A DNA stretch of 64,000 nt from Candidatus Doudnabacteria bacterium (GTDB taxonomy: Bacteria > Patescibacteriota > Doudnabacteria > UBA920), in the NCBI GenBank assembly GCA_003151625.1, contig PLYC01000007.1:2929-66928 (forward strand). The letters are read 5' to 3'. The translations under genes were made by a program, and so were the position numbers. Shown piece by piece: positions 54,987 to 63,749 of the stretch (within the stretch, counting starts at the first letter, position 1; each line of letters opens with the position of its first letter). Below the pieces are notes generated by a model, which did not search any database, had not been told where the DNA came from, and saw only the letters and a program-made list of their open reading frames with translations.

Positions 54987-55080
54987 GGCAAACCAAAAAA
55001 GTCCTTAGGTAACAAAAGTCCCCCGTCTAGCCGAAGCTGTGACGGGGGCACTTTTATTTTAATTTAAACGGCTATTTTTG

Positions 55081-55119
55081 CTATTTCAGTTCCAACTTGG
55101 TAAAATAAGGCCAGCCAAT
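55081..55119 (+). repeat. Q5: pseudo-tRNA-Gln 3'-end repeat
   Basis: ctatttcagttccaacttggtaaaataaggccagccaatc. Confidence 0.55.
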
Positions 55120-55264
55120 CACTTAAAACAAAATTTTTCGGGCTTTGATCCATTAAAGAATATTGCGAATTGAATTGATAGCATTGAACATTTTGATTTT
55201 CCCCGAGGCCAATGTTTCAACGAGTTAATAAATGGATGTATTAGTTAACAAAGTGAATCAAAAC

Positions 55265-55295
55265 AAAAACCACCGTAAAGGTGGTTTTTTTTATT
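55265..55295. terminator. Hairpin terminator (serves minus-strand gene 55306..55713)
   Basis: aaaaaccaccgtaaaggtggttttttttattt. Confidence 0.6.
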
Positions 55296-55305
55296 TATGT
55301 AAATA

Positions 55306-55713
55306 TTATGAACTAGCAACTTCTTCTCTCGCTGATTTGAGGTCTCTAAGTGCTTCTAGTTGCCTTATTTTTTCTCTAGACACCCCTATTTTAGTTTGCC
55401 AAAATTCAGAGTTCATGGTTTTAACTTGTACTTCCCACATTGTTGTAGCAGGCTCGCTTAACATTTTTTGATAACCCGCTTCCGCCTCTTGTAATTCCTG
55501 TTGTGCTTGTGTTAGTTCTTCGGGAGTATACTCTTTTACTTTTACAGCTTTAACTGCATTTTCCATACGTCTTTCCCTTATCCCGTCCGGGCTGTTTTTC
55601 CACTCCTGATGACTTCTTTCTTTGTCTCGAGTTTCTTTTGCCGTTGCTTTATCATCAAGTTTTTTTATCTCGCCTCCGATTGAGGGCATTTCTTCACGTT
55701 TAAATAAGCCCAT
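55306..55713 (-). CDS. Cassette gene: coiled-coil hypothetical protein
   Basis: 135 aa, charged and helical. Confidence 0.45.
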   Translation of the reverse strand: MGLFKREEMPSIGGEIKKLDDKATAKETRDKERSHQEWKNSPDGIRERRMENAVKAVKVKEYTPEELTQAQQELQEAEAGYQKMLSEPATTMWEVQVKTMNSEFWQTKIGVSREKIRQLEALRDLKSAREEVASS

Positions 55714-55800
55714 ATATTTATGTTATTTTCTAATTAATTTTTCTATGCTAATATATTATAGCATAACTATGGGTAATAATCAAATTTGAGTAATTTTTTC

Positions 55801-55870
55801 AATTATTTCCGTTCCAACTTGGTAAAATAAGGCTAGCTAAAGAAAAATCGCCAGAAGGGCGGTTTTTTTA
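55801..55870 (+). repeat. Q6: last pseudo-tRNA-Gln 3'-end repeat, degenerate, with small terminator
   Basis: aattatttccgttccaacttggtaaaataaggctagctaaag ... cgccagaagggcggttttttt. Lies 50 nt upstream of recO. Confidence 0.5.
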
Positions 55871-55915
55871 TATAATGAATAAGTTGAGGTAATTTAACGG
55901 AAGTAATAACAGTTT

Positions 55916-56632
55916 ATGCCCAGAGAAACTAAATGCCAGGCTATCGTTTTAAAAAAGCAGCCTTTTAACGAGGGTGATGAAATTATTACTTTTTATTCCA
56001 GGGAGCTGGGGAAAATTCGCTGTTTGGCAAAATCCGTTAAATCGTCCAAATCCAAGCTTCAGCAAAAATTGCAGGGATTATTTTTGGTGAATTTAAGTTT
56101 TACCCAGGGGCGTTTGCCAAAAATTATTTCCGTTGAGCCGGTGAAGGTTTTTTCCGGAATGCGGGAAAATTTGGAAAATTTAAAGCGGGCTTTTTACGCG
56201 CAGGAGCTGGTGCTAAAATTTACCCCCGATGAGCAAAAAAACGAACCGCTGTTTGTTTTGCTGGAAAATTTTTTGGAATTTTTAAACGCGCAAACCACGG
56301 AAGAAATTTTAAATTTTGCCTTGGCAAAATTTAAGCTGGAGATTTTACAAACTTTGGGTTTGGGCGTGCATAATAACGCCAAAGCAGGGGACGGCAAAGA
56401 AATATTTTTTAGCCCAACGTTGGGTGGGTTTGGGAATGCGGTATCGTTCGATGGATTAAAAGTCAGCCCGGCGGTTTATGGGCTGTTTTTGGAATTGCCG
56501 CTGATTGAATTCGGAGAACTAAAAGAAGTTAAAAATATTGGTGGGGAAAAAGATTTGCAAAACCTTTTGTCCCAGTTTATTGAATATCAACTGGAAAGAA
56601 AGGTTAGGTCGGAAAAGTTTTTAAGACAATGA
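55916..56632 (+). CDS. recO: DNA repair protein RecO
   Basis: N-terminal OB-fold pattern KCQAIVLKKQPFNEGDEIITFYSRELGKIRCLAKSVKSSKSKL. Overall RecO length and helical C-terminus. Confidence 0.65.
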   Translation: MPRETKCQAIVLKKQPFNEGDEIITFYSRELGKIRCLAKSVKSSKSKLQQKLQGLFLVNLSFTQGRLPKIISVEPVKVFSGMRENLENLKRAFYAQELVLKFTPDEQKNEPLFVLLENFLEFLNAQTTEEILNFALAKFKLEILQTLGLGVHNNAKAGDGKEIFFSPTLGGFGNAVSFDGLKVSPAVYGLFLELPLIEFGELKEVKNIGGEKDLQNLLSQFIEYQLERKVRSEKFLRQ

Positions 56633-56634
56633 GC

Positions 56635-56675
56635 AAACAATGGGCACCATTGTGCCGCACAATGGTGCCCATTGT
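56635..56675. repeat. CAATGGGCACCATTG hairpin repeat, copy 2
   Basis: aacaatgggcaccattgtgccgcacaatggtgcccattgtt. Confidence 0.55.
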
Positions 56676-56722
56676 TGAACCTCGGTTTGTGGTATAATTA
56701 TAGATAACTAACTAACATCAAT

Positions 56723-58567
56723 ATGGACGAGACAAAACCAGTTGTTCCCGAGCAACCAAGCCCGCAGTTTATAAAAAAAACCGTGGAAACGCCAATTTTG
56801 GATTCCGATGTGCGCCGGCAAATTACCGTTTCCGACGGCCAAAGCAGTGAAAGCGGCGGCTTTGGAGCCTTTTATCGCGACAACAAGTATTATTTTTTGG
56901 CCATTTTGGTGGGTGTAATTGTTATTTTCCTTTTGGCTTATTTTGCTTTTAAAAAATCTCCTGTAACGGCGCCCAAAGATGCCAATGTAAGTATTTCAGT
57001 GGATGTGCCAGGTTCGGTGCCCAGCGGGGGCGAAGCGGTTTACAAAATTACGGCGCAAAATAACGATACCCAAAAATTGGTCAGCATACAGTTGGAATTA
57101 ACCTATCCCGACGGCGAAACTTATGAAAACAGCAGCCCGTCCGCGCAAAATATTTCGGGTACTTTATATACTGTGCCCGACTTAATCCCAGGTCAAAACG
57201 CCACGGTAATGGTTAAAGCCAAAGTCACCGGAAACGTTAATGACCAAAAAAGTTTGGGCATAAAATTGCATTATCAATATTCAAATTTTAGTTCCCAATT
57301 TGAAAAAGACCAGACTTCCACAATTACCCTCTTGGCTTCCAACGTTTCGGTGGAGTTGGACGGTCCGTCTTCAACCAACAATGCCCAGCTGGTGCTTTAT
57401 ACCGTAAAATACCAAAATAATTCCGGAGCCGACATTGCAAATACTCAAATAAAAATGATTTATCCCGACGGGTTTTCTTTTGCCCAGGCAACCCCGCCGC
57501 CGGATTTAGGTTCCGACACCTGGAATATTGGTACGCTGGCAAACAGCGGGCAGGGGACAATTCAAATTCAGGGAACTTTTAATTCCGCCAATCCCGGGGA
57601 AAGCAAAACCGCCCAGGCTGAATTTTTAATTCTTGGGCAGGACGGCCAGTATTCAATTCAAAATTCTTCCTCGTTCGTTACCGCGATTTCCAGTTTGCCG
57701 CTTTTGGTTACCCAAAGTTTGGAACAAGCTAACTCTAACGGAGTTATTAAGCCCGGCGATACTTTAAATTTTACCGTTCATTATCAAAATAATGCCAGCA
57801 CCGTAGCCACTGGCGTAAATATTCAGGTCACTTTAAATTCCAAGGCCGTGGACTTAAGTTCCATAAAAACCCAGGGCGGCCAGGTTAACAATAATACAAT
57901 TTTATGGAATGCTTCGGGAGTGCCCCAGCTCCAGAGCCTGACGCCTAGCCAGTCCGGAGATGTCTCGTTCAGCGTAAAAATAAACAACCCGGCGGTAAAA
58001 GATTCTTCTAAGAATTTATCCTTGGTCTCCAGTATTCAAATTCAGTCGAGCGAGTATACTTCCGCTTTTCCCGGAGCGCAGTTGACTTTAAAAATTTCCA
58101 GCCCATCGGCCATTAGCACCGTTTTAAGTTCCGTTTCCGGGCCATTGCCGCCGCAGGTTGGCAGTCCCAGTGTTTACAAAGTTCATATTGCGCTGTCAAA
58201 TTCCAGTAATGATTTTTCCAATGGCCAGCTTTTCGCTTTTGTTCCCACCGGCTTTATTGCCGGCAGTGTAACGGCAGCGGAATCGGGCAATGTTCAGTTT
58301 GATCCCACTACAAATAAACTAACGTGGAACGTCGGGAGTTTTCCGGCCAACACCGGCCGGTTTAGCCAGCCCCGAGTACTGGAATTTCAAGTCAGTCTAA
58401 GCCCATCGTCTTCGCAGGTTAACCAATCGCCGACTTTGGTTAAAACCATAAATTTCACGGCTAACGATTTATACACTAGCCAGGCTATAAATATTTCTGC
58501 GGACGACATAACAACTTCCGACATCTCCGGCACTAACGGCTTCGGTAACGGGCAGGTAATACCGTAG
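56723..58567 (+). CDS. Large (614 aa) exported repeat-domain protein, N-terminal TM
   Basis: TM then multiple beta-rich approx 100-aa segments with recurring GT..I.G.F, N..G and LTYPDG motifs. Confidence 0.55.
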   Translation: MDETKPVVPEQPSPQFIKKTVETPILDSDVRRQITVSDGQSSESGGFGAFYRDNKYYFLAILVGVIVIFLLAYFAFKKSPVTAPKDANVSISVDVPGSVPSGGEAVYKITAQNNDTQKLVSIQLELTYPDGETYENSSPSAQNISGTLYTVPDLIPGQNATVMVKAKVTGNVNDQKSLGIKLHYQYSNFSSQFEKDQTSTITLLASNVSVELDGPSSTNNAQLVLYTVKYQNNSGADIANTQIKMIYPDGFSFAQATPPPDLGSDTWNIGTLANSGQGTIQIQGTFNSANPGESKTAQAEFLILGQDGQYSIQNSSSFVTAISSLPLLVTQSLEQANSNGVIKPGDTLNFTVHYQNNASTVATGVNIQVTLNSKAVDLSSIKTQGGQVNNNTILWNASGVPQLQSLTPSQSGDVSFSVKINNPAVKDSSKNLSLVSSIQIQSSEYTSAFPGAQLTLKISSPSAISTVLSSVSGPLPPQVGSPSVYKVHIALSNSSNDFSNGQLFAFVPTGFIAGSVTAAESGNVQFDPTTNKLTWNVGSFPANTGRFSQPRVLEFQVSLSPSSSQVNQSPTLVKTINFTANDLYTSQAINISADDITTSDISGTNGFGNGQVIP

Positions 58568-58620
58568 AAAGTTGAAAGTTGAAAAACCCCGGTCGATTCC
58601 GGGGTTTTGCTTATAAAACC

Positions 58621-58722
58621 GCTGATATGTCGCTGATGGGCACGCTAATAAAACGCTGAGCGGTTAATGACAGCTTCAGCGTTTATTCAGCGGTTGCAGT
58701 TATTCAGCGTTATTTCAGCGGT
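58621..58722. repeat. CGCTGA-box palindromic element, copy 2
   Basis: CGCTGAtatgtCGCTGAtgggcaCGCTaataaaaCGCTGA ... TTCAGCG x4. Lies between convergent genes. Confidence 0.55.
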
Positions 58723-58723
58723 C

Positions 58724-59884
58724 TTACGGATAAATATATCCGCGGATGCTGGAGTCGTTAGCAGAGATGGTTCGGGTGTCAATACGGTTAAAGTGATCGT
58801 AGTTCATTTCGGAAATGGTTATTGTACCGTCGTCGTTGATCGAGTTTACGTAAGCGACGTGTCCATAACGCCTCATAGCGCCCGTGGGGCCGGTCATGAC
58901 CACAGCCGAACGTACAGCCGGTTCTTTGCCTGTTACATAGCCGGAAGCTTTGGCGTTAGCCAGCCAGCTTTTGGCATTGCCGCCAAAAGTGATTTTCATT
59001 TGTGAGGCCACATAATAAGTGCAGTAACCCCTTGGGAAAATATGGTTAACGCCGTCGTAGCCGTCACCCAGGCTGGTAACATCGTCTATGCTGGTGTCGG
59101 GTGTATTTGTTTTGGGTTTAGCTTTTGGCTTGGGCGTAACTTTGGGCGCGGGCGGTAAAACCACCTGGCCGCCGGGTATTATAATTAAATCGCCGGGGTT
59201 TATGTCTTCGGCTCCATCAAGCGCGTTATAAGAAATAATACTTTGTAACAGGGCATCGGCGGAATTTTCACGTACGGTGGCGTTGGTATTGTATTTTTCC
59301 GGGTTGTAAGCGTGCGCAATGTCCGGCAGGGTGTCATTTTCCGTTGCCTTGACCAACACGCCGTCAGTGGGCAAAATAATAAGCTCCCAGCCCGGCTTAA
59401 CACTCGGGGTGGTGAGCTTATTGGCCCACATAATAGTTTGTTCTGTTATGCCAAATTGCTGGCTAATAGACGCCAGTGTGTCGCCGCTTTGGGTTTGGTA
59501 AATTTTAATTTGCTTTTGAATCAGGCTTTGTACGCTGTCAGGATTGGGAGCCAAAATTGTATCTTCGTTGCCGATAACTATATCGCTGTTGTCATTAATA
59601 GCGTCTCCGGAGGCAGCGGTTTGACTGTCTAAGCCGGTAAAATCGTCGGCTTGTGCCTGGGGGATAATGCCACTCTGGGCGGAGACCACTGTTACTATAC
59701 TGTTATTTTTTGCGTACAAAAGAGGGTTAATGCCTTGGTGATGGCTAATAAAATTTCCGGCCAGACTTTGATCCTGAAAACTGCCCGCGTAAAAATAAAA
59801 TAAATTTAACCCGCCAACCATCAAACTTAAAATTACCACGAAAAGTTCGCTGGAAAACTTAAGCAAAAAATCCATCCAATCCAT
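58724..59884 (-). CDS. LysM- and CHAP-domain peptidoglycan hydrolase
   Basis: LysM (YQTQSGDTLASISQQFGITEQTIMWANKL). C-terminal CHAP (GYCTYYVA Cys, GHVAYV His). N-terminal TM. Confidence 0.7.
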   Translation of the reverse strand: MDWMDFLLKFSSELFVVILSLMVGGLNLFYFYAGSFQDQSLAGNFISHHQGINPLLYAKNNSIVTVVSAQSGIIPQAQADDFTGLDSQTAASGDAINDNSDIVIGNEDTILAPNPDSVQSLIQKQIKIYQTQSGDTLASISQQFGITEQTIMWANKLTTPSVKPGWELIILPTDGVLVKATENDTLPDIAHAYNPEKYNTNATVRENSADALLQSIISYNALDGAEDINPGDLIIIPGGQVVLPPAPKVTPKPKAKPKTNTPDTSIDDVTSLGDGYDGVNHIFPRGYCTYYVASQMKITFGGNAKSWLANAKASGYVTGKEPAVRSAVVMTGPTGAMRRYGHVAYVNSINDDGTITISEMNYDHFNRIDTRTISANDSSIRGYIYP

Positions 59885-60466
59885 TCGCTTTATGTGGACA
59901 GCAGGAAAACTCTCAAGGTGAAGTTTTTTGAGAGAGGGAGCCCTTTTCTTTATTTGGTAAAAGAGCCTTTTGCTATAATATTGTAAGAAAAAAGCTGTCC
60001 TTGTAAGCGTTCGTTTTACTTTAGACAGCCAAGATTTTAACTCTGGAATATTTTTCCCTTTCCCGCACTTTTTAATCTTTTTCAGATAGCCAGTAAATAA
60101 CCGCGTGTATCTGGAAAGTTCGGTACAAAACAGAATCTAAAAAAGTGGGGGATAAATATTTAAGCGATTTGTCTTTCAAAGAAGATCGATAGGATGATTT
60201 TGGCCGGATTTTTTAGTGGCCAATATTACTACAAATAGCGCTTAAATATTTTTAATGTTTTTAATATTAAATATTCAAAATTAAGTCTAGCAGTACCTAA
60301 GGCTTACGGCAAGGTTTTAATCCACAAGTTATCCTTTTTTGTTTTATTTAAGATAAAAATTAGGTTTTTAGGCTTAGCAAAAGTTAATTTTAACATCTTA
60401 TCATCTTAACATCAGGAAAGCTTTCGGGGCTAATATGTTTAATTGAATATATGTTAAAATGATGAA

Positions 60467-62626
60467 ATGGATCTCTCCTCACTTAACGACAAACAAAAAC
60501 AGGCTGTAACCGCGCCGTTCGGGCCGGTGTTGGTTTTGGCCGGGCCCGGCAGCGGCAAGACCAAGACTTTGACCCACCGCATTGCCTATATTATAGAGAA
60601 GCGGCTGGTCAAACCCGAGAACATTTTGGCCTTGACCTTTACCAACAAGGCGGCCAAGGAAATGAGGAGCCGGGTTGCAAACCTTTTGGCCAGGCATGTA
60701 GGCGCGTCGGAAAGCCTGACTATGGGCACCTTCCATTCGGTTTGCGCCAAAATTTTGCGCCATGAAATTACCGCTTTGGGCTATGCTTCGGATTTTGTGA
60801 TTTTTGATAAAGACGACCAGCAAAAAGTCTTGCGGGAAATTTTGGAAGATTTAAGGATAGACAGTAAAAAAATGCCGCCGGCTTTGTTTGGCGCTTTAAT
60901 TTCGCGCGGCAAAAATTTGTTACAGTTGCCGGCTGATTTAAATTTGGGACTGGAGTCGCCCATGCGCGAAAAATTGGCCGAGGTCTACACCCGTTATCAG
61001 GATGCGCTGTATAGGCAAAACGCCCTGGATTTTGACGACCTGCTTTTGCTGACCGTTAAAATTTTTGAGAATTTCTCCAAAGTTTTGGCAAAGTATCAAA
61101 AAAAATTTAGTTACGTGCTGGTGGATGAATACCAGGATACAAACCAGGTGCAATACCGATTGCTATCTTTACTGGCCACGCATCATAATATTTTTGTCGT
61201 GGGCGACGACGCCCAGAGCATTTATAAGTTCCGCGGCAGTGACATTACCAACATTTTGAATTTTGAAAAAGATTACCCGGAAGGCCTGGCGATTAAGCTG
61301 GAACAAAATTATCGGAGTACCAAAAATATTTTGGAAGCCGCCCAGAAAGTTATTGAAATGAATCCCGAGCAAAAGCCAAAAGTCCTGTGGACGGAAAATG
61401 TCCAGGGAGAGAAAATTATTTTAACCTGCGAGGAGGACGAGCGAGCCGAGGCCGAGTTTGTGGCGCGAAATATTGTGAAATTGGCCGTTGTAGGGGCGGG
61501 TTTGAAACCCGCCCGTACCGAGGACTTGGAATATGCCGATGACGATTCTCAAGCCGAACCCAAACCGTTTTCTATACTTGATAGGTTTATTAAGGCAAAA
61601 ATGATGCAGGCCCAATATTCCCAATCTTTTGGCCGGACTTTGGTGCCACAGCTTCCCAAGAAGCACGAAAGCCTCAAGGAGTTCTGCATTTTGTACCGCA
61701 CCCACGCGCAGTCCCGCGCGCTTGAAGAAGTTATGATAGAAGCGTCCATACCGTATCAGATTGTCGGCGGATTAAAATTTTACGAACGCAAAGAAATCAA
61801 GGACATTTTGGCTTACTTGAGATTAACTTTAAATTATCGCGATTTAGTATCGCTTCGGAGGGTCATCAATGAACCGCCGCGCGGTATTGGCGACAAGTCG
61901 TATGCCGAAATCCGTGACTTTATTTTAAATTTGGGTGGCAGGGACAAGGAATTGCTTTTTAAAGATTTCCGGATTGCCTTTGCCGAAATTAAAATCCAGC
62001 CAAAAGCCTGGGCATCTTCCCAGGAGTTTTTTAGGATGATCGAGGAGTTTTCCGATTTTAACGAAAAATTTTCCTTGCCGGAGCTGGTCAAGTTAATTCT
62101 GCGAAAGACCGGTTACGAAAAGTATTTGCGCGACGGCTCGGAGGCGGGGGAATCCCGTTGGGAAAATGCCGAGGAGCTTATTAACGTGGCTCATAAGTTT
62201 GGAAATTTGGGATGGCGCGAGGCTTTGCAGGAGTTTTTGGAAGAAGTCGCGCTGATTTCGGAAATAGACCAAAAAGACGAAAGCAAAGACGCGGTAACTT
62301 TAATGACTCTGCATTCGGCTAAAGGTTTGGAGTTTGATAACGTATTCTTTGTCGGTTTGGAAGAAGGAATTTTGCCTCACTCCAGAAGCTTAATAGACCC
62401 GGCGGAGCTTAGCGAGGAAGTCCGCCTGGCTTATGTCGGGCTGACCCGCGCGCGCAAACGGCTGTTTTTAGTATATACCCACAACCGCCGCGGGTTCGGC
62501 AATGTGCAAATTAACCAACCCTCGCGAATTTTAAAAGTTTTGCCCAAAGGAGTGGTGGAATACCGCGGCATGGCTAAGGAACATTTTAAAAACGTTGACG
62601 AAGAAGTGACTTATGAATTAACTTAA
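60467..62626 (+). CDS. uvrD: ATP-dependent DNA helicase UvrD/PcrA
   Basis: Walker A AGPGSGKT. TFTNKAAKEM. DEYQDTN. All SF1 motifs through VGLTRAR. An extra approx 60-aa insertion with hairpin sits at 61486-61690. Confidence 0.9.
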   Translation: MDLSSLNDKQKQAVTAPFGPVLVLAGPGSGKTKTLTHRIAYIIEKRLVKPENILALTFTNKAAKEMRSRVANLLARHVGASESLTMGTFHSVCAKILRHEITALGYASDFVIFDKDDQQKVLREILEDLRIDSKKMPPALFGALISRGKNLLQLPADLNLGLESPMREKLAEVYTRYQDALYRQNALDFDDLLLLTVKIFENFSKVLAKYQKKFSYVLVDEYQDTNQVQYRLLSLLATHHNIFVVGDDAQSIYKFRGSDITNILNFEKDYPEGLAIKLEQNYRSTKNILEAAQKVIEMNPEQKPKVLWTENVQGEKIILTCEEDERAEAEFVARNIVKLAVVGAGLKPARTEDLEYADDDSQAEPKPFSILDRFIKAKMMQAQYSQSFGRTLVPQLPKKHESLKEFCILYRTHAQSRALEEVMIEASIPYQIVGGLKFYERKEIKDILAYLRLTLNYRDLVSLRRVINEPPRGIGDKSYAEIRDFILNLGGRDKELLFKDFRIAFAEIKIQPKAWASSQEFFRMIEEFSDFNEKFSLPELVKLILRKTGYEKYLRDGSEAGESRWENAEELINVAHKFGNLGWREALQEFLEEVALISEIDQKDESKDAVTLMTLHSAKGLEFDNVFFVGLEEGILPHSRSLIDPAELSEEVRLAYVGLTRARKRLFLVYTHNRRGFGNVQINQPSRILKVLPKGVVEYRGMAKEHFKNVDEEVTYELT

Positions 62627-62632
62627 TAAAAA

Positions 62633-62775
62633 ATTCGAAATCCGAATATCGAAACCCGAAACAATATCTAAATTCTAATACTTAATATTTAAACGGGGAC
62701 ATTTAGGGTTTTGGATTTACAATTTAGATATTTGAATTTGTTTCGAATTTCGATATTTGGATTTCGGATTTAACA
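62633..62775. repeat. Large imperfect palindromic 'cgaaat/atttcg' intergenic region
   Basis: aaattcgaaatccgaatatcgaaacccgaaac ... gtttcgaatttcgatatttggatttcggattt. Confidence 0.45.
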
Positions 62776-62778
62776 CAT

Positions 62779-63684
62779 ATGGACATTGACCAGCTAAAAA
62801 AACTTTTAAGAAGCTTCAACCTAAAACCCAACTTCACTTATGGGCAGAATTTTTTGATTGATGATTTTGTTTTGCAGGACATTGTGGACGCGGCGGAAGT
62901 CAGTAAAGATGATGCTGTTTTGGAAATCGGGCCGGGGATTGGTAGTTTAACCAGATTACTTTGCGAGCAAGCCGGTTTTGTGCTAAGTGTTGAAAAAGAT
63001 CCTAAATTTTTCCCTATTTTAAAAAGCGTTAAAAAAGACTTTCCGGAAAATTTTCGGTTTGAAATCGCCGATGCCTTAGAGTATGACTTCCAAAAAACGC
63101 TGATCTCACGCGGATCTAAAACTGCAACCGCGGATATAAACGCGGATCCGCGTTCCGATCTGCGTAGCGGATCCGCGACCAAATCCGCGGGATACAAGGT
63201 TGTTGCCAACATCCCGTACTTTATTACCGGCAAGATTCTTAAAATGCTGATGACGGCAAAAAACAAACCGACGTCCATAACAATCTTAACGCAAAAAGAA
63301 GTAGCAAGGAATATTTCCGCCAAAGCGGGGGACTTAAGCATTTTGGCAATTTCCGTTCAGCTGTTTGGGAAACCGAAAATTATTCAAACGGTTTTAGCCA
63401 AAAATTTTTACCCGGCGCCAAAAGTTGACAGCGCGATTGTAAAGATTGATTTGTTTAAGAAACCAAAATATATTTTGGCTGATGAAAAAATTTTTTTTAA
63501 AATTGTTAAAGCATGCTTTTCGGGCAAGCGGAAACAAATTCATAATACCCTGGTAAATAATTTGGGATTGGAAAAAAATTCGGTTTTGGAAATTTTATCC
63601 TCGCTAAAAATAAAACCCGAGGCACGACCCCAGGAGTTATCGATTCAGGAATGGATTGAGCTAACAGATAAAATTTTCAATTAA
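62779..63684 (+). CDS. rsmA: 16S rRNA (adenine1518/1519-N6)-dimethyltransferase
   Basis: GQNFLID, LEIGPGIGSLT, VVANIPYFIT. Has an in-frame repeat insertion at 63108-63192. Confidence 0.85.
   Translation: MDIDQLKKLLRSFNLKPNFTYGQNFLIDDFVLQDIVDAAEVSKDDAVLEIGPGIGSLTRLLCEQAGFVLSVEKDPKFFPILKSVKKDFPENFRFEIADALEYDFQKTLISRGSKTATADINADPRSDLRSGSATKSAGYKVVANIPYFITGKILKMLMTAKNKPTSITILTQKEVARNISAKAGDLSILAISVQLFGKPKIIQTVLAKNFYPAPKVDSAIVKIDLFKKPKYILADEKIFFKIVKACFSGKRKQIHNTLVNNLGLEKNSVLEILSSLKIKPEARPQELSIQEWIELTDKIFN
63108..63192. repeat. In-frame CGCGGAT-repeat palindromic insertion inside rsmA/ksgA
   Basis: cgcggatctaaaactgcaaccgcggatataaacgcggatccgcgttccgatctgcgtagcggatccgcgaccaaatccgcggg. Encodes SKTATADINADPRSDLRSGSATKSAG ahead of the conserved NIPY motif. 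Confidence 0.5.
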
Positions 63685-63749
63685 CAATTTTCAATTTCCA
63701 ATGAACAGCAGTCGTACGTGTTTGAAAATTGATAAATGAAAATTGAAAA

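Noticed and set aside
55232-55471. 79-aa + strand ORF
   Set aside because: It starts inside a terminator hairpin and is antisense to the 55306..55713 gene.
49480-55900. Integron (intI/attI/attC) interpretation of the cassette arrays
   Set aside because: There is no intI-like tyrosine recombinase. The inter-cassette repeats mimic tRNA 3' ends rather than forming attC bulged hairpins with R''/L''/L'/R' boxes.
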